A DNA stretch of 64,000 nt from Phoronis australis (taxonomy: Eukaryota; Animalia; Phoronida): contig NMRA01000185.1 of NCBI GenBank assembly GCA_002633005.1, positions 465,921 through 529,920 of the forward strand, written 5' to 3'. The stretch's first letter is position 1. Each line of letters begins with the position of its first letter. Both the position numbers and the translations under genes were made by a program. Shown in pieces: positions 12,001-24,959 of this stretch. The notes under the pieces are model-generated. The model ran no database searches. It worked only from the letters and a program-made list of their open reading frames with translations, and was not told the origin of the DNA.

Positions 12001-15000
12001 AGTTGATAGCAGAGACAAGTTTGTTTTTTTAAACATCGTACAGGTAACAGACACCAAAAAAACCATATGAGCTTCGATTGATGTCTCGTTTATCTGAAGC
12101 TATCCCTGGATGTAGGTAAAAGGGACCACTGAGGTGTGTACAAATAGAAAACCATTATCTAATTAACACTTTGCTGGTACTAATAATTGATTAAGTCAGC
12201 AAAGCATGAGTAATTGTCCCAGGTATGTCTGAAGAATGCAGGACATTTCCTTCAGATCTAGCTACCGTTTACACACGTTGTCATGTTGACATTTTTTGTT
12301 ATGACGAGGCGGCAGTTCAGCAATTGGCTCGCATTTATTCCCAGACAAGGCAGTTTAAACAGCCAAGAGTTCAGGTGTAATTAAATTGCACAGAATGGCT
12401 CTCGATGACATTTTAGAGAAACACCCACTGTTTTGACTGCCTTAATTGTCAAGGATGCAAGGTTTATTACTGCCTATGAAGACATCAAACTACACTCCCC
12501 ACCCAAACACATTCCCAATAAAGGTGTGCCACAACTGGTGTTCCTTAAGTTATGCAAGATATGCCAGAATAACATTGGGCGCTTAATCCCGTGTAACTCC
12601 AGGACAGTCTTCATACAGCTAGCTGGCTGGCTAGCATGAAATGTATGAGACTAAATTGGCAACCGCTCCTCTTGTTGACAAATTTGTCTGACACAACAGA
12701 AAGCTCGAATCGTTGAAATTTATTAATCGTGAACATTGTTATGTGTTCTACAAATTTTCTCTATAAAATAAATGATGTATGACAGTATTAACTTTTTCTG
12801 GCAATTCAAAACAATTCTTTCAACATTGTTTTGTTTGACTTGAACAGGTAACATGAATAAAATGTACGCCAAGGAAAAAACAAATAAGCTTAGCAAATGT
12901 AAACAGCTCTGAAATCTATGTTATGTTATTATTCAATACAATAACAAACACTGAAGCTAGCGTAGGTTTGGAATGCAAAGCACGTGTCCCAGTGCAGTAA
13001 AAAAGCCACTTCAGTTATGATAATGAGTGTTGGTAAACTGCGAAATCTATTCATTGATTTCGCAAACATTAAATACAGAGCAAAGTGTATGTGAGAATAG
13101 TGTGTCAAAATATTGAACATTGATCACAGGTGTGATAAAAGACTTTAAAGGCATCGCTCATTGATCTCAGGCGCAATTAATCAGATTATTGCAAGCAGGA
13201 TGCTGGAAAAAGTGTGTTTATAGACTTGTTACTATAAACAGAGAATTCCGATACTATGGGCAGCTTCAATACAACCCTGCTCAGACATGTAAACAAAACG
13301 GCATACAAGAAATGTACCTGCCTTTTTCAACAATGGCCATGAATCCTAAAGGAGGGATGATACACCATTAACAGTAGACAGGGAAATATTTTGAACAATG
13401 GTCCAGTAAAAGCATGACACTGCATAATTTTGTCTCAACAACTCAAAAGACAACTTAACAATCCAAAAGTTTATTGAAGATGTATTATGTTAAGCTGATT
13501 CAAATACATTTCAGTTAACCTACAAAAATACAAATATGGGCACATTTTTCCTATGAAAACTAAGAGCATAGCATTTGAAACTGTGCAATGATTACGATTG
13601 TCATATCATCGGTGGTTAATTGATCGGTAATCAAGCCCCGCCTCTCACGTACTACTTTCTGGCCTGCCAGGGTTGATATGTGTGACCACATCAAAGCAGG
13701 TGAGAGCGTTTGATTTGGTGGGAGCCAACAAAAGACAATACTACTGACCCAGATATCTGTGGCTAATTTATCAATATGATAGGCAATGTTTTTGTGCAGT
13801 CTGGCGTTAATTTTAGACCCTGGGAATTTCACGTTTTGTTTAAAGAATGAGATCCATAAAGGAACTCATCCTACGTTTTTGAACACAGAACCCAGAATAT
13901 TAAAGAGTTGAAAACCAGCGCTTTCTGTCAAAAACAACTTTTGATTTAAGCCACTTGCCATTACAAAATAAGGTCTTAAACTTTTCCTTACTCGGATTAG
14001 AAATGATTCCTAACATTCAAAAGACGTCATAGTTGGATGTTGCGTCAAACCAGTCTCATCTCAAGTTTGGTCAGGAAAGGTTAGTTTCAGTTGCCATGAC
14101 AGCACGGACAACAAGAGAATTCCATGTGTATTCCACCAAAGGAACAACATCGCAATGAGGTTGTGCTTTGGAGAAGCAAAGACGTTGTAAAGAATGTTGT
14201 TTTTGACATCACAGCGTGGTCTATAGCGACAATTAAGTTACATAGATGAGCATGGAATGAGTAACTTAGCAGTGCTCAACACAAGCAAATGACAGGTTGA
14301 AAACACGAGTGATGGCACATTTGCTTGTAACCGTGACGACAAAAAACGCTGAATGTCCACTCCACGCCTGTTCGAATAATACAAGTGAATTGAAATTTCC
14401 TACTCGTATATCACTTTTTCTAACGATAATTATATTTTCAAGCATTTAGTTGCTTATGTCGAGCCTCGACTTAGTTGGACAATGGCATTGGTTGGTAGAT
14501 TTGTGATATTGTCAGTGTACCAGAATGTTTAAGAGGTCATAATTCAATAAACCAGGTAAATACCATAATCAACATCAACACAATATACCCTAAAACGAAA
14601 TAAAATGTCTCACACTGCAAAAGGGAATTTGTTAAAGGTTCAGCAAAGCAAATTCAACTGTTAGTTGTTAAGAGTGCATTGGCTTTGAGAAATTTGATTC
14701 TGCGGGGGAGTCTCAAGTTTACTGGTTCCATGTTGCATGCAACTGGCACTCAGACATAACCTATTAAATAAATTGGCACTGATAACCTAATAACCAGTTT
14801 ACAAATTGAATCAACTAACATTGATCCTGTGCTATAGGTTACTGGCAACTGAGCAGACTGCTGAAGGTCCACAGTCTCAGATTTGGGAGCCATCAACTCT
14901 CATCTTTATGCAGTGGAATTAAAGGGGCATTATCCTTGACTCAAGTGATTTTGTGAGATCAGCCTCAAAGGAGAATCAAACTCACAACCTCAACAGTTGC

Positions 15001-15453
15001 AGTCTTACATTTTGCAGGATAAGGATTTGTAAAGAGTATATTTAAATGGCCTTGATTTCAGCAAATGTCTGACTTAAAAATGTTACCTTCACCGGCAAAA
15101 AATGAAGAATACAAAGACAATTTGAGTTTACATTAAGGTTTGAGTATTACCATTTTTAGACAAATGACCTGTCTTATTCTCATCACCTGTAGGTAACTAA
15201 GCAAGTGACTAGTACAAATAAATATATGGCAGACCAGTTTCACATAAAGCTCTTTGATTCTAAATCAAACAGTTGTCAGTTAACTTGTTCCAGTGTGCAA
15301 GTGAAATACATTTTCTTTGTTGGAGCTATCTCTAGAACTAGTCATCTTTAATCCATTACATTCCAAATGCATCCATCAAAGAGAGTGATACAACCAAAGA
15401 TTGTTCAAAAGCTTTTTTGAGAAGCATCATGTTTGGGAAACTCAGGGGCGGAA

Positions 15454-15668
15454 CAGTAGCATGCAGAGGTTTGGTGATGCCCGGAGCAACTTTTTTTATG
15501 GACGCCCCTCTCTTTACTCAAATGCATGGGCCCAAGTACTAAGCAAAGTAAAAAAATTAAACTTTATTTAATGGCACTACTAATCAGTAAAATTTCAAAA
15601 AGTTTACTCATAACGATTGGATACCCTCTCCCCTCCACGGAGACCCCCCTCCCTTCTGCAGGCTACTA
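15454..15668. mobile_element. hAT-like MITE, about 215 bp
   Basis: Left CAGTAGCATGCAGAGG; right CTTCTGCAGGCTACTA (reverse complement TAGTAGCCTGCAGAAG, 13/16). No clear TSD. Confidence 0.5.
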
Positions 15669-17559
15669 GTAGCAGGGAGCACCTCCCAAGGAGTTCTAAC
15701 ATGCTGCTAACACTTTCCTATTGTGCTTTGCAACAGGATCGATTATAGCTTCCTGGGAAAGACCTACTGTCTGCAGCCCCAGATGGGGTTGAGTACATTA
15801 AGGCTATAAAATGGCAATACAAAGGAAAATCCTCATTTAATTGGGAAAACATGCAAGTGAGGTTATATAATAACAGTAGGCAGGTCATGACCTCTGTCTG
15901 GTCACGACCCTTGTCTGGTTTCTCATACACAACATTCCTTGGATAGAACAGGGGAGGTCTGTATTAGAGCAAAGGGTTAGAGAAACAAAAACCACATGTC
16001 TGGCAATTAGCACTCTATTATTGTGGCAGCAGTGCTTAAGTTCATTGTAATCTAAAGACAAGGGTGGGATCTGAGCAAGCTGAGCTCACTTCGCCAAAGG
16101 CCATCAGACAGTTGACCTCATAAGAATAGTACAAAGCTGAGCTCACCTACTGGCTGGTGGATCAATCACTGAAGAATGGAGTGGAACAGATCTGATGTGA
16201 AGCGATCAGGGCTAATTTGAATCACTGTTAGAAATTTGCAATACCCACTGTTAGATTGATTGCAAAAAGTATAGAAAAGCACTCAAAAGTGAATGAGTGT
16301 TATGCTGATGAGAACTTGAATCGCTAGTACTGAAACCTTGTATTTTAAGGAGATTCATTAAATGTGCTGGTCAATTTGCTGTCAAACTTGTAAACACGGG
16401 TAATCTGAAACATGTTCGTTGCTTTAATCAAATGTGTTTGATTGCTTTTACATCAAGTGGATACCATGACAGCATCAAAACATGTGTTGTGCAATGAACC
16501 AAAAAAGTACATAGAATGTGGGATTATTAACCAAGCTTTACTTCCAACCATTCGCCTTCCATGTTGTATTTTAGTGTACCGCGTACACATTCCGAAAAAA
16601 CAGAAAAAAATCAGATTTAAACGAGGGATAGAGTACGTACCGTCTCATTAGTACATCGACCTTTCCACTGACACCCTGTGATTGCTTAACTCAGACTAAC
16701 GGGGGCATTAAAATTGCGTCACAATCACCCCTTATGTTGTCTTGGAAAATCCACATTGCACTCAGATTCTAATACAATAACAATGCAAAGCAGCTGATCA
16801 AATCTCATATCATTGACCAATTACAACACTATTATAGTGATATTGGGTCTGTGAAAACACAAATCCTAATTGTGGATTTATGTTATATTGAAATGCAGTT
16901 AGCTGTTTAGACTAATCACTAATTGTCTAGACTAATCTATAATTGTCATGCAATGTATTAAGGTTAAGCATCACCCAGTTTGCTAAAATGCGGCAACCCC
17001 AAACAAAATTGGAATAAAGGACAGAAATACAAACGCAGCTGATAGGGCCTTCAACTTCTCTTCTCAATGGGAACATACACAACAATTTTGATAATGGTCC
17101 TTCAAGTGGTTTGTCGGATAGAGAGGCGGAAGCCAAGTAAGATTTGAAAATAGTGAAAATGTCCACTAGGGAATGCTGATGACGGATCCGCCTGGAAATA
17201 GGATGGCCTTGTAACCAACACAATAGAAACTTATTAACCGAAATTTCCAGAAAAGAACTCGGTAGATACAAAAGCAAACGTAAAAAGTAAAATTGCCACT
17301 AAGGCACAACCCGGTAGTCGAATCTGTAAGAAAATTGGCACATTCCGTTTTGTCGGATGGAGATGATGGCAATATGCGGTCACAAAAGTACATCAGTGGA
17401 AACCAATTCTTACCAGGGACGGGCACTTTTACCAAACACTACAAAAACTTTTCCCATGCACTAAAACCCCTATCCAGCTAGTTCCAACCACACTCAGCCA
17501 GTCTTGCAATTTTTAGTGCAAGCTTGCAAAGCATGCGACCCAGTTCTGTTGCTTTTCGA

Positions 17560-17860
17560 TCACTTCTAAATATTGTCTGTAGTAATAGTGCTAGAGTGTG
17601 GTTGAACTTCAGGTTCCGTGGTAAGGGATTTTTGTTTGCATATGGACAGAAGCAGATGCGTGGTGAGAATTGTTTCCACCCATGTACATGTGAGCACATA
17701 ACAATTCTCCACCAATAAAAGGTATATAAAGTTTTGGCGTCCTGAAGATTTGACAAATGACAGACAGGAACCACCACAAAAATGCTTGCAAGATAAACGG
17801 GATTACATGATGCATACATTTTATGCAGACCACACTACACTTTATGGTGACTAGGAGAGC
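17560..17860 (-). pseudogene. Decayed 3' end of an L2/CR1-group LINE ORF2
   Basis: Minus-strand translation PVYLASIF...H..NLQ...LY...GWKQFSPR...N.LPRNLK resembles the C-terminal pattern PxYLxxLF..HxYNLR..LxIP..GxxSFS..WNxLPxxIK of CR1/L2-group ORF2. Degenerate. Confidence 0.45.
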
Positions 17861-19150
17861 AGATATCATAATCCTGAACTATTATTGTAGACTGCTTATA
17901 AATTTTGAAATTATTCTACTTTGAACAAATTAACATCAAAGCCAGAAACAGCAAAACATTACATAGTTATTACAGGAAACAGGTCCCCAAATTTTGGGCC
18001 ACGGATCATATACTTTAAGAGCCATAATAGAAGTCTTCGATTAGTTAGGTTTCCCAAAATGAGCAGTATTTAAGGAAGGTGGGTACACAACATATTTAAT
18101 CTTGACTGTTTTTTACGTTTTTATATCATCCTAATCTTTAATTCTTGGTGCACAATATACTGAAGAAAAATAAAATCATTCTGAAAATCCAAAGTTGTTT
18201 TTTAATTATATTTGACCACGCTTCAGTAAGTCATATGGCTTGAGTGCTCACCAGCTCAGAGACTGACAAGTGGGGCGGAGCTTATACCAGGACACTAGCT
18301 CTAAGCTAACCCTGTCAACAAACATTGCGTAACCGGGCAATGGAGGGTGCTGTACCAGCTGATATTGATGTTGTAGCAAGGCCAAGAATATAATAATTCT
18401 ATTTTTGACCATGTGAAAGTTGGTGGTGAAATGGTGAACTAGCTCCTGTTCCACGCCTGAGCCTGTTTGTCCATCTGCAAAAAAAATAAGTTGAGTACGC
18501 CAAGTCTTGCCGAAGCCATCACTGCACTCAGCTTGAGGAGTCAGCGCAGAAATTGTGCATGTGCAAAAGATTAGTCAGAAAGGTGAGGTGTCTTGCGAGA
18601 GGACGCTGAGCGTTGACGTGGATGGTTGTTGCACGATTCGATGAGAGTGCATGTACGACTACGTGCCATCAGAGTAGAGTTTTGGAGATAAACCGTGCTT
18701 CTATGCTAGGAATACGCCATGGAGAAACTAGGCTGCCAAACTCGGGATTTTTTTAACTCAAAGTGCTATTTTCTCATCCTTTACAATATACTACATGTAA
18801 TGTTAAGATACTTTTTAGTTCACAGTTTCTTTTTTGAACTGTATTAACTGAAGAAATTTCATATTCGTCAGTTCCTCGCACTCTCCCAAAAAAGCTTGAA
18901 TCTGCCATTCACTGAAGAGCAGACGAAGCGATTACACTTTGTCGGGAATGATATTTGTAGCATATGAAGCATTTGTAGGTCTTTCATTTGATTGGATCGA
19001 GTTGTTTTTTTGTTTATAGCTTTCAAACTTGCCGAACCGGCTCTCTTAACAGCAAAAAACAGGGAAAACCCGATCGAACTCATGGCGCGACTTGTTGGTC
19101 CTGCAAGTCAACGCTTGCTCTATGTTCAGATGAGTCGAGCTTGTGCAGAC

Positions 19151-19235
19151 TGGGTCGAGAGGGTTGTGGACCGTGGGTCGAGGGGGTTGTGGACCATGGG
19201 TCGAGGCGGTTGTGAAGTGTGGGGGCCGAGGTGGT
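19151..19235. repeat. 23-bp minisatellite (TGGGTCGAGRGGGTTGTGGACCR), about 3.5 units
   Basis: Units start at 19151, 19174 and 19197. Probably subterminal repeats of a DNA transposon. Confidence 0.8.
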
Positions 19236-19388
19236 TTTAGAACTATCGGAAATAGAAAGGCAAAACGATACAAACAAAAATTCCCACTAATGGTCGAATC
19301 CTAGCACAATAATTGCTGTCAATAATCTTTCACATTTTTTGTTAAAAAATCACGAGTAAATTGTCAGGTGAGCCCAATGTACGGCAAG

Positions 19389-19482
19389 TCGGATATGATG
19401 TGCCCATATTTTGAGAACCAGTTTGATGTCCTTTATTCAGTGGAGACAACTGGTTCTCATAATTCGGGCACGTTATATCCGA
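19389..19482 (+). mobile_element. Miniature foldback element, copy 1 (94 bp)
   Basis: Imperfect arms of about 36 bp: TCGGATATGATGTGCCCATATTTTGAGAACCAGTT / AACTGGTTCTCATAATTCGGGCACGTTATATCCGA. A second copy lies at 22310-22378. Confidence 0.75.
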
Positions 19483-20248
19483 GCATTAACCAAGGTGCAG
19501 TATTCTAAGGCAGGTTGCCTATGATTTCTGCAGCAACTGATTTCAGGGTACAACCCCTTAGGATAGAAGCCTACAGCACAGCAGGATATGTAAGCTGGGT
19601 ATGTATACCTAGATAAACACCTGGCTGCCCTCAATGAAAGGCTAAGAAAACGAACAATTACAGGTGAGGTCCACCATAAACAAACAACTATCAACTAACA
19701 TCTCCAGGCAAGGACACAATGGAAGGGTGTAGATAGCTTAATATAAACAAACAACCAAAGTTGTTAGGTGGGGATGACTTCTCACTGAGGCAGACTGACT
19801 GACTGTAAGCCTGATGAGCCGATTACATGTCATGGCTCAGAAAAAATGCAGCATGAGGCGTCCTAAATGTATTTTTCATGAACATCATTGCAATCTTCCC
19901 GTGTGAATTTAACGAGTTCAAATTGCACATCACAAACATAATGTGCACAACACGTTTAATTTGTGTACGGCAGCATACATGCACTGTATGTATCAAACAT
20001 TTGTCAATTTTCACTTCAGAAAAAATAATTTACTTTATATTTTGTATCTCATGGGGCAGTAAAGTCTCTCCAAGTTCCGACAAAATTAATCGCAAAAAAT
20101 TATCCTTTTACATTCTTCACAGGCTTCAGTTATGTCTAAAACCATCATTGTCTTGTGGTTGCTACGTTACAGCACTTTCAAAAATGTTAAATCATTTATT
20201 TACATCTTTTGTGGAAAAAATGAAAAAATTCTCTTGTCCGCCATATTG

Positions 20249-20409
20249 CAAAGGCGGATCCAGGAAGGGGGCCTAGAGGGTCTGGACCTTCTTTTCCAAT
20301 GCTTGCAGAGAAATCAAATGTAAAATTTTCAAATTGTTGATTTGGACCTCCCTTTCTCAAAAATCCTTGATCTGACCCCCCCTTTTAAAAATCCTGGATC
20401 AGCCCCCTT
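20249..20409. mobile_element. CAG(T/G)GGCGGAT-family MITE, about 160 bp
   Basis: Left CAAAGGCGGATCCAGGA, right TCCTGGATCAGCCCCCTT. Flanks TATTG/TACTG fit a 5-bp TSD with one mismatch. The right end is locally duplicated (AAAATCCT.GATC twice). Confidence 0.65.
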
Positions 20410-21846
20410 TACTGTGTATTAAAGTGGTGAGATTATACTGTTCTCATTACACAGACTACTGGACCACCTTCTAATTTGCCCTGTTTGATTGATAACAATA
20501 ATTGGTATTATCAAGCAACAGAAAAATACTACAGACCACCTGTCTATGAAGGTACAGTAATATATAACATTGCCTGATATTTTTAATACAATTCGTCACT
20601 TGTGAACAATAATGTTTCTATACCAGAAAAGGTACTTGACAAATATTTGTTTCAACTAACTAGTGTACCCTTAGCACAATTAATGAGTTATATTCTGTAT
20701 TCATGAATATTATACAACGACAAAGTTTTCCCAATTTTTTTAATTTCCTGTGATCAGCAGTACAGATGACAATGCAAACGAATACCATTTCTGCTACAAC
20801 AAGGGTGATACTATGATTTTGAACAAAAATATTGCACAGCTGGATGTGTACAGCATCAAATATTATTAAACAGTGAGTGGGTTGGTAATCCAGGAAGACC
20901 TATGAACAAATACATTGATTAAATAATTCATCCGATTTATTTGAATCAAACAAACGATACCTTTGAAAAAACATGTCACTTGCAATTTGAAAACACAGGC
21001 TTAGTGCTTGAATTAGCCATTACTTGGGTAGACAAGACAATTTTCTGCTCTGTAAAATTCAAAACCAAGAGCTGACATAAACTGTAAACATCCCACCATA
21101 ACATCCCTGGATAGCTGCCAACCTATGTAATCAGATAAAGGCATTGGTTGTTTGGACGCCTTCAACAATTGATCACAAGAGGTAGCAAACTTCTGGACAA
21201 ATACATGCATAATCCGATCAAACATAATTTTCATTCATTAGAATGAACTAAATTAAACTCGGAACCACCGATAAGCAAAGTAGTGCCACTATATATAGCG
21301 CGTTCCCAGACAACATTCGATCAAACATGACGCTCTTTTATTTGACTGCACCAAACCTAACGGGAACACCAATACCAAGGAGCCAATTCACTAAATATAG
21401 ACAGAACCAGGATAATTTTAGCAGCATCACTTGGTTGCCATAATTTTGCACAATTTAATAAACCCTGCATAGTACGTCAACGACAGGCAAAGTCAATATT
21501 ACATGTAACCGCAAACAAGATTAAGAATCAAGTTAACTCCATGCGAGGGCAGACGTGACCACAGGGGAATCTTCGGACAAGTCCGAGAGACAAGCACACA
21601 TCAATAACTGGCTGGACTGATAGTGATGAACAATCCAGTTTGTTGATACAGTGCCAACACTGAATACAATAATGATTAAGGAAAAAGGCAAAATTCCAAT
21701 GGGATACCCTTAACTTAAGTGAAAGGTTTGACTGACAATGTTAACTGAGGTGACTTAATGTAGCCTGGGCACATAGGCAGGTTACTGAGGGGGGGGCCCA
21801 GTGGCCTGTCCGCCACTTACAGACACAACCAAAAATGGGGACAGTT

Positions 21847-22025
21847 TGTAGGCGGATTAGGGGGGGGGGGGGGNGGGGGGGGGGGGCTAAGCAGCCCATA
21901 CCCATCCTATAAGTGCAAACAACAAATTGGCGTCACCATGTCATTCCTAGGGTTCATATAGGCACATTTCTTAGAATTTGCAGTTAGCCCCACCCCCCCT
22001 CTCACTACAACCTAGAGCCACCAGT
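21847..22025. mobile_element. Degenerate G/C-tract MITE (TAGGCGGATTAGG left end)
   Basis: GGCGGATTAG followed by poly-G and GGGGCTAA; inverted TTAGCCCC plus C-tract near 21984-21999. The right TIR is poorly conserved. Confidence 0.4.
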
Positions 22026-22309
22026 TACAGAATAGAAAAAATCCATGTAATTCTCCTCCAAAGCAGTCCTCAAAAATATACCATACACAAGTGTACGAGG
22101 ACTACAGAAAACAAGCAAAACCAAGAGAATAATACCACGGGACATTTTCATGCAAATTCTATTAATGAAGAAAAAAAAGCCCCTATCAAACCAAAAACAG
22201 ATGAACGGCAAACCCGAAGTGCAGAAACTCGTCACATACTTATGCAGCTGTACCCAAAGAGAAACTCTTACAAATATTCCTCGGTTATAGTACCTTTTAA
22301 CAGGGATCC

Positions 22310-22378
22310 ACGCAATTTGAGAACCAGTTTTCTCCACTGAACAATGGGCATCAAACTGGTTCTCAAAATTCGAGCTCC
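22310..22378 (-). mobile_element. Miniature foldback element, copy 2 (inverted relative to 19389-19482)
   Basis: Reverse complement TTTTGAGAACCAGTTTGATGCCCATTGTTCAGTGGAGAAAACTGGTTCTCA matches copy 1, including the asymmetric loop. Confidence 0.75.
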
Positions 22379-22480
22379 CTCTTCCTTTTTAAAGGGGCAC
22401 ACTAAGATCATTGGGTCATCCAACTCATTGATTTCATCTCATTAGATGTTATCTGGATTGTGACAAAAAGTAATGGAGTA

Positions 22481-22555
22481 TAATAATAACAACAATAACA
22501 GGATGCGAGTCACCAGGCGTTAATAATAACACCAACAACAGGATGCGAGTGACCT
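22481..22555. repeat. 40-bp tandem duplication
   Basis: TAATAATAACA.CAA.AACAGGATGCGAGT.ACC at 22481 and 22521. Confidence 0.85.
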
Positions 22556-22631
22556 TGAGTGACCGGGGTCGGTTTCCTAAAAACAAAACCGGTAGGCATG
22601 TGCTTCCACAGGCCCGGCAAGTGTACCATCA

Positions 22632-24959
22632 CAGTGGCGGATCTACGGGGGGGGGGNCCAGGACCCAAACTAACAAAAACTTCTCTAGCAAAACAAAAAC
22701 GGCACCGCCAGTGCGTGCAAACCCCAAGTAAACCAAATTGAGGGGGGGAGGTTCAATCTAAAAATATTATTTTTTGTATTGTGCATTGCTGAGTCTTCGT
22801 GGCTCATCGGCAAAACGCGAGGAGATCACTTGTGCGCGCGCTTCTGTCAACACTACTGAAGTAGCCAAGCATTTTAGATGGATCCACTGCTGAAAGAGCA
22901 GTTCTATAGCTGATTTCTTTAGGTAACTAGCTTCTTTACTCTAAGATATGTTTTGATTTGATTAGGGGAAATACTGTGGTGCGCAACCCTGATATTCAGG
23001 CGAATTGACGTGCAATGTTTTTACCTCATCTATCATGCCGTGTCATTCTATTACACTCCACACGTTTGTAACTCGAATTTGACTGATGTATAGTAAAGTT
23101 GTCTTGTGCAATATCACAGTGTACATGTACATGTAATATTTTTGAAAAAAACTCTTTTTCCGCAGAAATGCTATTCTGGCAGGCGCCGTAGTCTGGTCGC
23201 AAGTCCGTTTGAAGATACACTCTAACAGGTTATGTCTATACAAGGAATGACCAAGGGGGCAATCACATTGACAAAGTGACCGCATTCGTGAACAGTGTAT
23301 AGTACCAGAAATTGCGGGGTGGCTGTTCTTTCACAACAAAGTCTTGCAGGACTCGTGCGATGTTCAATAGGGCTCCTAAGGAGCCCTAGTTCCAACCTCA
23401 ACAGCTACCGTCTTTCTACCTGCAATACGCACACTGCCGTCTTCTATACTGGGAATTCCGCAGAAAGGCACACCCGATGAAAAGCTCATGCCCATGGGCA
23501 TTTATTTGATGTTAGTACTTCGGGTTTCAAGCGTTCAGACATTGGGACGTTTATTTCAAAAATTGCAAGAGATGCAAATACTCCTGGAATACATCGGCAA
23601 GGTTTGAAGTAGTCCGTGATGAACGGATCAAACTTAGTTGCGCATGTAAGTCTTTTGAATAGACTTAGCAACCTCAAGGGTCTTAATGCCAATTGAGCTG
23701 CGAAACGAGATGCTGGCATTGTATAGGCTTACAAGCTCATTGACACAGCAGTTGACGAAGTGCAAGCGTTGGGAACAAACATCAAAGATATCTGGGTAGA
23801 ATGGTTCCAAGACGAGCAAACCATTGGATCCGATATACAGATTCCTCCGCAGTATAGACAACAGAAGGATAGGACTAACGTATGAGTAACCACTGGGGAT
23901 AAAAAAGTGCCTACAGAGAAGTTTCCAATTCAAAATTTTTTGCATAGTACACTTTAGGTCTCGCGACGGACCAGGCCAGCTTGATTTGTGTAGATATTGA
24001 GTTTCAGTGTACTTCTGGTCCCTCGGCGAACTAGTCTTGTGATTTTTTATCAAAGTGTGCTTTGTAAAACTATTTATCTCAGACAGTACTGTTTGGTCCC
24101 GCGACAGATTGACTATTTTTATAGGGATAATAAGCGCAGGTGTACTCTTGGTCTCGTGACGGACCAGGTCAGCCTATTTGTGTACTCTCAGTGTACATCT
24201 GGTCCCTCTGCAAACTAGTCCGTGGGTATCTTTTCACAACTATGCACAGGATGTTTTGGTTTCGTGAATCTGTTTTCAGATGATTTGTTCCCTGATACAA
24301 TTGACGTTTTTCAATTGTTGTCAATGCCTTGGGTGATTCAGCTTTATAAAGTGATACTTAATTATTTATTGTCGCTTTTAATAATTGACTGTGAGCTCAG
24401 AGAGCACCATCGTTCGCCAGGTTTTCTCGTAACGAGACAGAACACGTTTATTTCCGGACTAACAGTACAGGTCTTCGTTCTTAAACAACTTAAGGCTGCT
24501 ATTATGCGATTATCTGATATTCAAGTTCTTACGCCCCGTCAGTGCTCCTTATGCTCTTGAATATTTGGAAGTTTTCTAAACCCCTGTATACACACTACAC
24601 TTTTTGGTATATGACTTTTCGTATGCTAAAAAGGTATGTGTAAGCAGATGTTCCAAAAAAATTTGGCTGGTGGCATGACTCATACCCAGATGTGCACAAG
24701 ATGGTTTCACGAAACTTATGAGCCAAATTCATGTGACGAAATCGAGAAGGGTTTTAAACTATCTTAAGAAAAACTCCAGAGACATGAAAAGTGCCAAAAA
24801 CTTACCAGGATGCATGGAAATTTCACTATTTGGCTACAAAAACAAAAAAAATGTCTGACACGGGAGGGGGTTTCCCCGCCCCGCTCGGCGTCATGCGCCT
24901 AGGATTCGACCTTTGCGGGAATCCTAAACCCCCCTTACTCAAACGTAGATCCGCCACTG
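22632..24959 (+). mobile_element. 2.3-kb defective hAT (Tip100-type) DNA transposon
   Basis: Perfect 16-bp TIR CAGTGGCGGATCTACG (22632) / CGTAGATCCGCCACTG (24944-24959). Both ends are homologous to the ends of the MITE at 33110-33345. Internal transposase remnant. TSD not preserved (CATCA vs GAATA). Confidence 0.7.
23254..23882 (+). pseudogene. Decayed hAT transposase (THAP12/PRKRIR- or ZMYM1-like)
   Basis: 23634-23882 translates LVAHVSLLNRLSNLKGLNAN*AAKRDAGIV*AYKLIDTAVDEVQALGTNIKDIWVEWFQDEQTIGSDIQIPPQYRQQKDRTNV. This follows the family pattern FIVAL..LxxLKGLTxKLQxRxxDIxxAY..I..V..L...R.NID..W...PR..RQ..RxNV. Upstream RGQ (23254) and DAN-LLEYIGK remnants occur with frameshifts. Recognised by eye. 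Confidence 0.7.

Noticed and set aside
18940-19000. Zinc-finger-like YKCFICYK on the minus strand
   Set aside because: Preceded by a stop, no His pair, no splice signals; at most transposon debris.
21860-21886. Poly-G tract as a functional G-quadruplex
   Set aside because: Part of a MITE end and contains an ambiguous base, so its length is unreliable. The same applies at about 22647-22657.
23634-24053. 139-aa minus-strand ORF
   Set aside because: Antisense shadow of the decayed + strand hAT transposase plus repeat filler.
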